This document shows positions 9,011 through 18,967 of a stretch of DNA of 55,445 nt, in pieces. A model generated the notes under the pieces. The model did no database searches. It was not told the origin of the DNA and saw only the letters and a program-made list of their open reading frames with translations. The stretch is from an uncultured Bacilli bacterium (GTDB lineage Bacteria > Bacillota_I > Bacilli_A > RF39 > UBA660), in the NCBI GenBank assembly GCA_944329195.1, contig CALVHX010000003.1, positions 1 to 55,445 of the forward strand, given 5' to 3'. The position numbers and the translations under genes are program-made. Every line of letters starts with the position of its first letter. The stretch's first letter is position 1.

Positions 9011-11191
9011 ATGTATATAGATGTATTATGTGAATTAGGTGCGAAGGCTATTGATCAGACTTTTGTCTATCACGTTCCTACTTTTTTAAAAGAGAGTATT
9101 AAAATCGGAGTTAGGGTGAAAATTCCCTTTGGTAAAATGGAAATAGAAGGTTTTGTTATCAATATTAATAACGATTCTTTGTTTGATAGGGATAAAATTA
9201 AAGATATTATATCTGTTATCGATGAGGAGCCAGTTCTTAATAAAGAAATGTTAATTCTTGGAAAATATATGGCAGATAGTTTGCTTTGTTCTAAAGTATC
9301 GGCATATCAGGTTATGTTACCAAAGGCTCTAAAGGCGCAAGTTAATACGAATGTAAAATTAAAATACAATAAGTACTTGAGAAGAAATAAGAGTATTGAA
9401 GAGATCGATTTATACATTAGTAAATGTAGATATGAAACTCAGATAGAACTTTTATGTAAATTGAAAGAAAAAGATATTTTAATTAGGAAAATGAATAGTA
9501 GTATAAATACTATATTAAAACATGGTCTTGCCTCAATTGTGTATGAGGAAGAAAGTAGATATAAATATACTGGTAAATCTGACTATAAAAAGGTAAGTCT
9601 TACAAGTGAGCAAGAGAAAGTTGTATCTTGTGTTGTTAATTCTTTTGATAGATCACATACCTTTCTTCTTTATGGAGTTACAGGTTCTGGTAAAACAGAA
9701 GTATATATGAATATTATCGAAGAAGCTTTGAAACAAGAGAAGTCTGCGATTATGTTGGTTCCGGAAATTAGTTTGACTCCACAGATTGTTGGAAAATTTA
9801 TGGCAAGATTTGGTGATGTTATTTCTATATTACATTCTAAACTTTCCGATAGTGAAAGGTATGATGAATACAGAAAAATTACTCAAGGTAAATCAAAAAT
9901 TGTGATTGGAACTAGGAGTGCTATATTTGTTCCTTTTTTAAATATTGGAGTAATTATTATCGATGAAGAACATACTTCTTCTTACAAGCAAGAGAATAAT
10001 CCTAGATATAATGCTAAAGATATTGCTATGTGGAGAAGTAAATATCATGATTGTCCAGTATTATTGGGTTCCGCTACTCCTTCTATGGAGACAATGGCAA
10101 GAGCTGCTAATGGAGTGTATACTCTACTTACGCTGAATAAAAGAGTTGGAAATAGTACTCTTCCAATAGTGGAAGTTGTCGATATGAAAAAGGAAGTTAA
10201 AAAGGGGAACTTTATTTTATCAGATATATTAAAAAATAAAATAGATGATAGGTTGTCAAAAAAAGAACAGATAATTTTATTACTTAATAAACGTGGTTAT
10301 TCTTCCATTATTAGTTGCAAGGAATGTGGATATGTGGCGAAGTGTCCTAAATGTGATATAACATACACTTATCATAAGAAAAGTAATAATTTAAAATGTC
10401 ATTATTGTGGAACATCAGTACCTGTAATTTATAAATGTCCTATTTGTGGTAGTGATAATTTAAAAGATTATGGTATGGGAACAGAAAAGTTAGAAGAAGA
10501 GTTAAAGAAAATATTTGATGCAAAAATAGTTAGAATGGATGTTGATACTACGACGAAAAAAGGTGATCATCAGAAAATAATAGATGATTTTGGTGAACGT
10601 AAATATGATATATTGATTGGTACACAGATGATTGCTAAAGGGTTAGATTTTCCATTAGTTACTTTGGTAGGAGTGGTGTCAGCAGATAGTAGTTTGACTG
10701 CTTCTGATTTTCGTGCTAGTGAAAATACTTATCAATTACTTTCTCAAGTTGCAGGTAGAGCGGGTAGATCTGATAGAAAAGGTGAGGTTATTATTCAAAC
10801 GTTTAACCCTGATCATTATAGTATTAGATTGGCTGAAAGACATAACTATTTAGAATTTTATAGGGAAGAAATGAAGATGAGAAAAATGCTCAAATATTCA
10901 CCTTATTATTATATGGTTCTTTTGAGTATAACTTCTAAAGTATATGAAATTGGTTCTGTAGAGTCAAATAAGATTGCTAGTTATTTAAGAAATAATTTGG
11001 ATAAAGAGACAATTGTGTTGGGGCCTTCTATGGCAAGTGTGTTTAAAGTTAACAATATATTTCATTATCAGATAATTATTAAATATCGAAAAGACAACAA
11101 TTTGATGTCTACTCTTAAATTTATTGATGAGATGTATAAGAAGAATAATAAGATAAATGTAGAAGTTGATTTTAGCCCGATTAGGATATAA
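9011..11191 (+). CDS. priA: Primosomal protein N'
   Basis: GVTGSGKTEVY, VPEISLTPQ, DEEH, four CxxC, GTQMIAKGLDFP, QVAGRAGR. Confidence 0.98.
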   Translation: MYIDVLCELGAKAIDQTFVYHVPTFLKESIKIGVRVKIPFGKMEIEGFVININNDSLFDRDKIKDIISVIDEEPVLNKEMLILGKYMADSLLCSKVSAYQVMLPKALKAQVNTNVKLKYNKYLRRNKSIEEIDLYISKCRYETQIELLCKLKEKDILIRKMNSSINTILKHGLASIVYEEESRYKYTGKSDYKKVSLTSEQEKVVSCVVNSFDRSHTFLLYGVTGSGKTEVYMNIIEEALKQEKSAIMLVPEISLTPQIVGKFMARFGDVISILHSKLSDSERYDEYRKITQGKSKIVIGTRSAIFVPFLNIGVIIIDEEHTSSYKQENNPRYNAKDIAMWRSKYHDCPVLLGSATPSMETMARAANGVYTLLTLNKRVGNSTLPIVEVVDMKKEVKKGNFILSDILKNKIDDRLSKKEQIILLLNKRGYSSIISCKECGYVAKCPKCDITYTYHKKSNNLKCHYCGTSVPVIYKCPICGSDNLKDYGMGTEKLEEELKKIFDAKIVRMDVDTTTKKGDHQKIIDDFGERKYDILIGTQMIAKGLDFPLVTLVGVVSADSSLTASDFRASENTYQLLSQVAGRAGRSDRKGEVIIQTFNPDHYSIRLAERHNYLEFYREEMKMRKMLKYSPYYYMVLLSITSKVYEIGSVESNKIASYLRNNLDKETIVLGPSMASVFKVNNIFHYQIIIKYRKDNNLMSTLKFIDEMYKKNNKINVEVDFSPIRI

Positions 11192-11250
11192 AATTATTGC
11201 TTCTTTTTTCCTTTTATTGTATAATTGATTTATGATATGGAGGAGCGGTA

Positions 11251-13821
11251 ATGAATAGAAAAGGTTTTACTTTGATAGAGTTATTAGTTACTATTGCTAT
11301 AGTTTCTTTAATAGCGGGCATTTCTGCTTATGCTATTATTTCTTCGGTAAACGATTCAAAGGAAAGAGCACTTGCTATTACTTCTAATAATATAAAAGAT
11401 GCTGCTAAACTTTATGCCACTGAGCAAAATAGTGAAAGTGATTGGAAAGATGTAACTGGCTATGAATATAAATATTTTTGTGTTACTATTCAAGAGCTTA
11501 TTAATAAGGGATTATTAAATTCAGATGATACTTTGAATAAAGATTATAATTTTACTGGTTCTACATACGTTATAGTAATGAAGGATAAACTTACTTCTGT
11601 TGTAGAAAAAGAAGAGATAACTGATGACTCTTCTCTTGATAGTTATAAGATATGTACTGGTGAAATAAAAAATGAAGAAGTTACTGCGCCAGAAGTTAGT
11701 GGTAGTAATTCTTATACGGATCAAATTGACTTAGATTTTGAAGATGGAGCGGCAGAATCTGCTAGAGAATATGAGTGCTTATATGGTCTTACTTCAAATA
11801 ATTTAGATAGAACGGGAACTATTGATGGAAATGTTTGTAGGATGTCTGGGCTCGATAATAATACTAATTATTATGCAAGAGTGTGTATGAGAACTGAAAG
11901 AGAAAGTTATATATGTTCAGAAACTAGTTCTTATAAAACTAAAGACTTTGTTTCTCCTACTATAGATAAGGTTGGAAAAACTGGTGTTATGATAAAGTAT
12001 GATGACAGTAATGTTATAGGTGGAGCTAATTACTATTTTAAGTCTTCGGTAGATACGATTTCTATAGGTGATGTTAATAGGTGCGATCTAAATGGTGATA
12101 CGTTTACTTGTAGTGGAAGTACAACGACAACAATTGAGGCAAATACTTGGTATAAGACGGATATGGAGAATGTCGATTTGGAATATGAACAAGAAAATTA
12201 TATTGTAACTATTACCGCTAGAATAACTGATAAAAGTAATAATTTTAAAGAGTCAAGTAAAAATATTTCAATTGAAAAAAATTTGGTTACGTATACTGCT
12301 ACTTTTAATTTGGGACTTGCCGACACGATAAATGGTGGAAAAAATAATATAAAAATTTCTTGTCAAGCGGAAGAAGGAAAGAGTTGCGTTCCTAGTTCTA
12401 AAGCTCCTACTATAGTAAGAAATGGTTATACTTCAGTTGGGTGGAGTACATCAAAGTCCGCTACGAGTGCTAGTTTATCTAGTGGTGGTACGATAACACT
12501 TTCTGGTAATATTTCTTATTATCCTATAACCTATAAGAGAGTTACTGTAACATTTGATAAAAATGGTGCCTCTTCAATAGGCAGTACAAGTGTAAGTTGT
12601 AACATGTATAATAGTGCTACTTCGTGTTCAGTTAAATCGCCAACGATAACTGCATCTTCTAACACTCCTAATGTAGTAGGTTGGAATACAAGTAAGAGCG
12701 CTAAAACATCATCTTGGAATGTTGGGGTTAATAAAAGTTTTAGTTCAAATACTACATATTATGCTATAACTAAAAGTAGTTCTAAAACTTATACTGCAAC
12801 ATTTACAGTTCAAGATACTAATTCTGCTAGTAGTAGTTTTGGAAGTACTAGCTGTACAATAGCGGAGACATATAATGGTGCTGCACCAAGTAGTAGTTGT
12901 CAAATAACGGCTCCAGTTCTTACTGGTAAAAATGGATATTCGGCAGTTGGATGGAATACGAATAGAAATGCGACTGTCGCTAGTGTAGGTAGTGGTGGTA
13001 GAGCATATTTAACTGGTAATACTACTTATTATTCGATAGTTGCTAAATCTGCTCCTTCTGTTCCTGCTCCTAGTTTGACAATTAATATTTCTTCGCATGG
13101 ATTTAATCAAACATACACTAATAGTAGCGGTGGTACTAAGAGTGTAAATATCACATGTAATTCTTCTTCGTGTACAGATATAGGTTCTAATAGTTGTACA
13201 AATTCATCGTGTCAAGGAATTGGTTGGAGTGGTAAAAAACCAATTATTAGTTGGAGCACTAACTCTTTGAATACTTTAAATGTATATTATGATAGTCAGA
13301 CACATAATCAATTTGATGAAAGTAGATGGGGATCTTATAGCACTTCTACTACTGGAACGATGAGCGTTGAGACAGGCGGATATAGGATTATTAGAATAGT
13401 AGATACTGATGGTAACTCAACTGTTGAAGTGAAAATTTACTTGAAATTAGATTATGTTGCTCCTATTGTTACATTACCATCGTCCAGTTCGACAGCTTGG
13501 AGGAAGGACCTTTGGGATATTTACTATAGTGACAGTTTATCTGGTCTTAGCAGTAGCGTCAATGCTTTTGCAGAACCTACGTATATAAGTTGTAGCAATT
13601 CTGAGGCAAGAAATAATTGTGGTATTACTAATGGTTTTCAGTCCTATGGTGGTAGTTCTGGCTCGAAGACTACGCAGTGTAGTGCATATTATGATTGTTA
13701 TTCTAACTATTTGGAATTATGGTCCTGTGCTACAGATAATGTTGGTAATAAAACTTGCTCAAAAAGGGTTAATCCAAGTGGAACACAGACAAATTATACA
13801 TATTTAGTTAAAGATTATTAG
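11251..13821 (+). CDS. Large prepilin-type (N-methyl-Phe) surface protein with Fn3-like and InlB B-repeat-like domains
   Basis: Class III signal MNRKG|FTLIELLV; three repeats of type TF..NG....P....GY..VGW.T; Ser/Thr/Cys-rich. Confidence 0.8.
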   Translation: MNRKGFTLIELLVTIAIVSLIAGISAYAIISSVNDSKERALAITSNNIKDAAKLYATEQNSESDWKDVTGYEYKYFCVTIQELINKGLLNSDDTLNKDYNFTGSTYVIVMKDKLTSVVEKEEITDDSSLDSYKICTGEIKNEEVTAPEVSGSNSYTDQIDLDFEDGAAESAREYECLYGLTSNNLDRTGTIDGNVCRMSGLDNNTNYYARVCMRTERESYICSETSSYKTKDFVSPTIDKVGKTGVMIKYDDSNVIGGANYYFKSSVDTISIGDVNRCDLNGDTFTCSGSTTTTIEANTWYKTDMENVDLEYEQENYIVTITARITDKSNNFKESSKNISIEKNLVTYTATFNLGLADTINGGKNNIKISCQAEEGKSCVPSSKAPTIVRNGYTSVGWSTSKSATSASLSSGGTITLSGNISYYPITYKRVTVTFDKNGASSIGSTSVSCNMYNSATSCSVKSPTITASSNTPNVVGWNTSKSAKTSSWNVGVNKSFSSNTTYYAITKSSSKTYTATFTVQDTNSASSSFGSTSCTIAETYNGAAPSSSCQITAPVLTGKNGYSAVGWNTNRNATVASVGSGGRAYLTGNTTYYSIVAKSAPSVPAPSLTINISSHGFNQTYTNSSGGTKSVNITCNSSSCTDIGSNSCTNSSCQGIGWSGKKPIISWSTNSLNTLNVYYDSQTHNQFDESRWGSYSTSTTGTMSVETGGYRIIRIVDTDGNSTVEVKIYLKLDYVAPIVTLPSSSSTAWRKDLWDIYYSDSLSGLSSSVNAFAEPTYISCSNSEARNNCGITNGFQSYGGSSGSKTTQCSAYYDCYSNYLELWSCATDNVGNKTCSKRVNPSGTQTNYTYLVKDY

Positions 13822-13829
13822 GAGGAGTA

Positions 13830-14264
13830 ATGAAAAAGAACGTTGATAAGAAATTACAGATAATTTTAATTGTATTGATTGCACTTATTATAACTGTTTC
13901 AATTGTAATTTTCGTTAGTAAAAATAGACCGACTTCTGATGAAAATTATGAAGTGATAATAGGTGATGATGGTACATTGCCAGATGTTAATTATAATGAT
14001 TTTGAGATTACTGATGCTTCTTTTTCTGTTGATAGAGAAAATAATAATACGAAAATTTATTTGACAATAAAAAATAATAGTAGTGATTCTAAATATTTAG
14101 ATAGCTTTAATGTCATTGTTAAGGATAGTTTGGGCAATAGAATAAATAAATTTTATGTCATGGTCGACAAAGAATTTTCGGCAGGAGAAGAATATGAAAC
14201 TATTACTGGTGGAGATATAATTCTAGAAGATGCTTATAAACTTGAGTTTGAATTTAATGATTAA
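13830..14264 (+). CDS. Membrane-anchored beta-sandwich hypothetical protein
   Basis: AGGAGG RBS, N-terminal TM, LTIKNNS...VIVKDSLGNRI; directly follows the pilin-like gene. Confidence 0.7.
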   Translation: MKKNVDKKLQIILIVLIALIITVSIVIFVSKNRPTSDENYEVIIGDDGTLPDVNYNDFEITDASFSVDRENNNTKIYLTIKNNSSDSKYLDSFNVIVKDSLGNRINKFYVMVDKEFSAGEEYETITGGDIILEDAYKLEFEFND

Positions 14265-14341
14265 AAAAAGATAAAATGCTTATCTTTTTTTCATATTTAT
14301 TTTTATTCTTAATATAATTTACTAGAAAGAAGAGGAATAAT

Positions 14342-14830
14342 ATGATTAATAAGAAAAATTTGTGGTTTTTAACCTTGTTTAGTTTAGTACTTGTCTTATC
14401 TATCTACTATGTGACAATGCCTAACGAAATATTTATTTCTAACACAGATAAAGTATCAGAAGATGAAAGAGATGTGTCGGTAGATGAATCATCGATAATA
14501 GCGGCTCTTAAAGTAGAAGATGATACGGAAGTTATGGAAAAAATGAACGAACTTAAGGAAAAAATTACCGATGTAGATGCATCGACTGAAGAGAAAAATA
14601 CAGCATTTGAGGAATTAAAATTAATGAATAAAAATTCTTCAAAGGAAGAAACATTAGAAACTAAAATAAAGGAAATGTGTAATTGTGATAATTTTGTTAA
14701 AATAGATGGAGATAATGTTAGAGTTGTTCTCAATTCAGATGATTCTTCAGTAACTAGTGCCAATAATATAATGCGATTAGTTCAAGATGAGTTTTCTGAA
14801 AAAATGTATATTTCAGTAAAATTTAACTAA
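14342..14830 (+). CDS. spoIIIAH: SpoIIIAH-like protein
   Basis: MINKKNLWFLTLFSLVLVLSIYYVTMP resembles the Bacillus SpoIIIAH N-terminus; C-terminal ring-building-type domain. Confidence 0.85.
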   Translation: MINKKNLWFLTLFSLVLVLSIYYVTMPNEIFISNTDKVSEDERDVSVDESSIIAALKVEDDTEVMEKMNELKEKITDVDASTEEKNTAFEELKLMNKNSSKEETLETKIKEMCNCDNFVKIDGDNVRVVLNSDDSSVTSANNIMRLVQDEFSEKMYISVKFN

Positions 14831-14919
14831 TATGGGTAGTTTTACCTCACTTTAATTGTTCATATGAATACAATATTATGAGTAGACATAGACCACCCTA
14901 AAAGGGAAGTGAGGTATTT

Positions 14920-15126
14920 ATGAGTAAAGGCATACTAACAAATAGAGAAAAAGAAGTGTTTTCCTTATTAGTCGAAAATAAGACAACAAGAGAAATTGCT
15001 GATATTTTGAATATTAGTGAAAAGACAGTACGAAATCATATTTCTAATACAATGCAAAAATTATCTGTGAAAGGAAGAGCACAAGCAGTAGTAGAACTAA
15101 TAAGATTAGGCGAAATAACTTTATAA
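14920..15126 (+). CDS. gerE: GerE, stand-alone LuxR-type HTH spore regulator
   Basis: LTNREKEVFSLLV..KTTREIA..L.ISEKTVRNHISN.MQKL.VKGRAQAVVELIRLGE closely resembles B. subtilis GerE. Confidence 0.92.
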   Translation: MSKGILTNREKEVFSLLVENKTTREIADILNISEKTVRNHISNTMQKLSVKGRAQAVVELIRLGEITL

Positions 15127-15150
15127 GTCACATGTTGTGACTTTTTTCTT
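15125..15150 (+). terminator. Intrinsic terminator after gerE
   Basis: aagtcaca-tgt-tgtgactt followed by a T run. Confidence 0.75.
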
Positions 15151-15192
15151 TTTTTGTAATGATGACTATACTAATTACATATATTTTACTAG

Positions 15193-16164
15193 GTGATATT
15201 TATGTTAACAAGAATGTCTATAAAGAAAATAATGGTGTCGACAGCGGCGGTTTTAATTTTACTCATTATTTATTTAATTCCGGATAATAGAAGAGAAATA
15301 GAACTTAAAAATGATGGAATTGAATATGTTTATGATAATACTGGGTCTACGATTTATTTAGTGGATAGTAATGATTATGTGGCAAGGACTACTATTCCTA
15401 CTTGCAATTGTGAAGGAAAGGAGAAAGCTGATGATTTATTAGAAGGATTAATTATTGGTGGGAGTAAATCGAATATTATTCCCAATGGTTTTCGAAGTGT
15501 CATACCGCCAGGAACTAGTGTCTTAGGTTTAACATTGGAAGATAATGTTTTAACGATAGATTTTTCAAAGGAATTATTAGATATTGCTGAAAAAGAGGAG
15601 AAAAAAATGATTGAAGCAATTGTCTATACATTAACTAGTATAGACGGGATTGATAAGGTGATTATAAAAGTAGAAGGGGAAGTGTTGTCTAACCTTCCAA
15701 ATAGTAAGGAGAACTTGCCTACAGTACTAGATAGAAGTTATGGTATTAATAAGACATATGATTTAGTAACAACAAATAATATTGAATCTTATACAGTCTA
15801 TTATGTTAATAATTATAATGACGAAGAATACTATGTTCCTATTACAAAATATGTAAATGGAAATGGTGATGATCCAATTAAAGTTATAATTAAGGAGCTT
15901 AGTAGTTCCCCAATATATGAGACTAATCTTATGAGTTATTTAAACGCTGAAGCATCTCTTTTGGGTTATGAATATACAGATAATAATTTGAAACTTAATT
16001 TTAATGAATTATTACTTAATGGAATAGATAATAAAAATATTTTAGAGGAAGTTATATATACGATTAGTTTATCCGCTAATGATTTGTATGATGATTTGGA
16101 AATGGTATCATTTTATGTAAATAATGAAGAAGTTTATACGATGAATTTGAGTGAAATAGAATAA
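15193..16164 (+). CDS. gerM: GerM spore protein (two GerMN domains)
   Basis: IPNGFRSVIPPGT, IDFSKE, EAIVYTLT, YYVPIT; next to gerE. Confidence 0.88.
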   Translation: MIFMLTRMSIKKIMVSTAAVLILLIIYLIPDNRREIELKNDGIEYVYDNTGSTIYLVDSNDYVARTTIPTCNCEGKEKADDLLEGLIIGGSKSNIIPNGFRSVIPPGTSVLGLTLEDNVLTIDFSKELLDIAEKEEKKMIEAIVYTLTSIDGIDKVIIKVEGEVLSNLPNSKENLPTVLDRSYGINKTYDLVTTNNIESYTVYYVNNYNDEEYYVPITKYVNGNGDDPIKVIIKELSSSPIYETNLMSYLNAEASLLGYEYTDNNLKLNFNELLLNGIDNKNILEEVIYTISLSANDLYDDLEMVSFYVNNEEVYTMNLSEIE

Positions 16165-16273
16165 TAATGAATTGCGTAATTTTATTATGAACGATTTAAT
16201 AAAGATGTTTGTAATTGTCAACTATTTTGAGTCTTTATATAATATTATGAAAATGGCTTGATAAGCTATTGGA

Positions 16274-17125
16274 ATGGTGGTGAGAAACTTGATAATTACT
16301 AAAAGGCAGATAAGCGAACATTTTAATTCTGAAGAGTTTATGTGCCCTCATTGTAGGGAAATAAAAATAGATGAGAATTTGGTTAATAAAATGGAGAATA
16401 TTTTTAAAAAGTTAAATGCTAGTAAATGTATTGTATCAAGTGGTTATAGGTGTCCTAGTTATGATATTCAAATAGGTGGTTTTGCAGGTCGTCATAGTGA
16501 GGGATTAGCCGCGGATTGTGTCTATTATGATAAAGATGGAAAAATTATTCCCAGTAAGATTGTCATATGTGTGGCTTACGATTTAGGTGAATTAAATGGT
16601 ATTGCTAAAATCGATGATAACTACGTTCATTTAGATAATAGAAGTAATGGAACATACTATGGAGATGAGACAAGGGGGAACTCTAGTTATTGGTCTAATC
16701 CTTATGCTTATTTTAATGTTAGTAGAGAAGAGGTAGAAGAGTACACAGGTAAAGAAAAGATTCAGTATCAAGTACATGGAATAAATAAAAAATGGTATGC
16801 TAATGTGAATGTAGGTGGTATATCAGATACAGATACTAATACTTATGCTGGTGTCTTTGGTATTCCTATTGATTGTCTCTACATTGATAATTTGGAATAT
16901 CGTATTAAGACAAAAAATGGATGGCTACCTTCTGTTTTAGGAAGAAATGATTATGCTGGTATATATGGTAGAGAGGTAATAGGCATTGCAATTAAAAATG
17001 CAACTTATAGAGTGCATATTAAAGGAGGTAATTGGCTTCCTTGGGTATCTGGTTATGATGTTAATGACTATAATAATGGCTATGCTGGTAATGGCAAAGT
17101 TATAGATGCACTGCAGATTAAATAA
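16274..17125 (+). CDS. Peptidase M15A Zn-peptidase with C-terminal ChW-like cell-wall-binding repeats
   Basis: HFNSEEFMCPHC, SSGYRC, H..GLAAD, YVHLD; C-terminal YRVHIKGGNWLPWV-type repeats. Confidence 0.82.
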   Translation: MVVRNLIITKRQISEHFNSEEFMCPHCREIKIDENLVNKMENIFKKLNASKCIVSSGYRCPSYDIQIGGFAGRHSEGLAADCVYYDKDGKIIPSKIVICVAYDLGELNGIAKIDDNYVHLDNRSNGTYYGDETRGNSSYWSNPYAYFNVSREEVEEYTGKEKIQYQVHGINKKWYANVNVGGISDTDTNTYAGVFGIPIDCLYIDNLEYRIKTKNGWLPSVLGRNDYAGIYGREVIGIAIKNATYRVHIKGGNWLPWVSGYDVNDYNNGYAGNGKVIDALQIK

Positions 17126-17181
17126 ATAAAAGACTACTAAAAGTGATGTGAACTTTGTTTATAAGGCATTGTAAAAAATTA

Positions 17182-17234
17182 ATAAAAAATCAAGAGTTAA
17201 TAAAGTGAGTTTAACTAGACTCTTGATTTTTTAT
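17182..17234. terminator. Bidirectional terminator-like hairpin between convergent genes
   Basis: Perfect 16-bp inverted repeat ataaaaaatcaagagt / actcttgattttttat. Confidence 0.7.
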
Positions 17235-17354
17235 CGATATAAATTATTTCTTTAAAAAAGAAAAAGCCTTAATTTATAAGACATAAATTATTAAGATAAT
17301 GGATATAATAAAAGAACATAATTATAATTCATAGACTGAATATAATTATGTTCT

Positions 17355-17771
17355 TTACATATTAGTTTCTAAAAATTCATCTTTTGTAAATGAAATTCTT
17401 TCAACTTTATTGTTCGCGATATATTTATTATATCTATTAATAATATTGTTATATTCGGTTTGCTCAATTTTATAACCATTTTTATATAAATATTTTTCCA
17501 ATCCAGTAAAGTTTTCTATTACATAATTATCATTTATTTTAGCAAATGATAATCTTGGTAAAGGTGGATTATATTTTCTTATTAATACATTGAAAGGATA
17601 AGTAAAACAATTAGGTTTGCCATCGACTTTAGATATATTTATTAATGTTAGAGTGTTATATAAAGTATTTTTGTTTACTACTAACATTAATCTTTTTTTA
17701 CATTCGATATTTTTTATACCACTTGCAAAATACGGTGGTACAAAATATAAGAACATACCTTCTTCAATCAT
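17355..17771 (-). CDS. Putative toxin, PemK/MazF-like fold
   Basis: KRLMLVV...LINISK...YNPPLPRLSFAKIND follows the PemK pattern; start overlaps the antitoxin stop. Confidence 0.6.
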   Translation of the reverse strand: MIEEGMFLYFVPPYFASGIKNIECKKRLMLVVNKNTLYNTLTLINISKVDGKPNCFTYPFNVLIRKYNPPLPRLSFAKINDNYVIENFTGLEKYLYKNGYKIEQTEYNNIINRYNKYIANNKVERISFTKDEFLETNM

Positions 17772-18298
17772 TAATAATCTAGTTCTTCCATTGATTTAAA
17801 TTCTTCTGAATTCATAATATTATAAGCATCCAAAACATCCCTAATGTTATCAAGTTCTTTTTCTAATTCTTCATTTGGAACAATTGATTTATTTTTATCT
17901 TTAAAATCAAGCTCATTATTTGAAATTTGTAAATACTTTTTCCAATATTCAAATTGGTGTGTCATATTAGATAAAGTATCAGCATTTTCAGAACCATATA
18001 TATTTTTTGTTAATTCTAAAATTTCTACTTCTTCATCTGTTAGTTTATTTCTTCTATAGTTTAGTAATTCATCTAAATTATTCTTGTATTTAAGTCTTAC
18101 ATTTTCCATAACCATGCCATTTTCAAATGCGCAAAATTGGTCGTCAAATAACAATTTGTTATTCTTTGCTAAACTTATTAACTGAGCGAAAAATAATAAT
18201 TTTTGTAATTTCATATTACCTTTAAATGTATTTCTAGGGGTATCTAAATTGTTTTCTAAAAACCATTTAGTATAATCAAAAACATTAGTCCTGTTCAT
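17771..18298 (-). CDS. Panacea (SocA/DUF4065) domain antitoxin
   Basis: MKLQKLLFFAQ, LFDDQFCAFENGMV, YG..A..LSNMTHQ..YW; GGAGG RBS. Confidence 0.88.
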   Translation of the reverse strand: MNRTNVFDYTKWFLENNLDTPRNTFKGNMKLQKLLFFAQLISLAKNNKLLFDDQFCAFENGMVMENVRLKYKNNLDELLNYRRNKLTDEEVEILELTKNIYGSENADTLSNMTHQFEYWKKYLQISNNELDFKDKNKSIVPNEELEKELDNIRDVLDAYNIMNSEEFKSMEELDY

Positions 18299-18322
18299 GT
18301 TAGCACCTCCATTGTTATATTC

Positions 18323-18353
18323 ATTATATCATATTCTATGAAATATTAGAATA
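18323..18353 (-). promoter_or_regulatory. Extended -10 promoter of the TA operon with adjacent inverted repeat
   Basis: Minus-strand TGATATAAT (18331-18323); TATTCTA-N8-TAGAATA at 18332-18353. Confidence 0.45.
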
Positions 18354-18683
18354 CGCTTTGCTCAAATATGTGGGAAATATTATAACATATATTTTGGAAA
18401 ATGATACATTTTTTGTTTGTATTTTAGACAAGTTTATGTACTATATTTATATTATAATTTTTATCATTTTATGACCAAACTCGTGTATTTATTTTTAGCT
18501 GGAGAATATGGCAGACAACAACTACCCAGTTGGTAGTATACCCCAGTATTTAAAGAGTTTATGTAAATTATAGATGCCATACACTTTTAAAAATATCTTA
18601 TTTTTGTCCAAAAAGTTATTGACATTTACATATATCACAATTTCTAAATTTGTCAGTCATAAAGTTTAACACAACTTATAAAT

Positions 18684-18711
18684 AAAAAAGGTTAACCGAA
18701 ATTAACCTTTC
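18684..18711 (-). terminator. Terminator of tRNA-Arg
   Basis: Minus strand gaaaggttaa-tttcgg-type hairpin closing with ttaacctttttt. Confidence 0.75.
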
Positions 18712-18748
18712 ATATATTCTAAGTCGATTAGTTCGACTGGTTTTCCTA

Positions 18749-18825
18749 TGGTGTCCTGGTGGAGATTCGAACTCCAGACCGATCGCTTAGAAGGCGATTG
18801 CTCTATCCTGCTGAGCTACCAAGAC
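18749..18825 (-). tRNA. tRNA-Arg(UCU)
   Basis: Reverse complement GTCTTGG...ATCGC-CT TCT AA-GCGAT...GTTCGAATC...CCAGGAC-A-CCA, 77 nt. Confidence 0.97.
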
Positions 18826-18967
18826 ATCAGTCAATATAGATTATACAATAATATTGTAAAAATATCAACTATTTTTTTTAATTTTAATAAAATATTTATA
18901 TTATATGAAGGGGGTAAAATTATTTACAAAAAATAACTTTTAATATATAATTTAGATAGGTGGTAGT

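Noticed and set aside
18460-18580. Short ORFs or ncRNA in the slightly GC-richer patch upstream of the TA operon
   Set aside because: Only 21-38 codon ORFs with poor RBS spacing and no recognisable structure
17126-18750. Integrative element with attL/attR at tRNA-Arg
   Set aside because: No integrase, and I could not find a duplicated tRNA 3' end
18748-18936. 62-aa plus-strand ORF
   Set aside because: It is the antisense reading of tRNA-Arg
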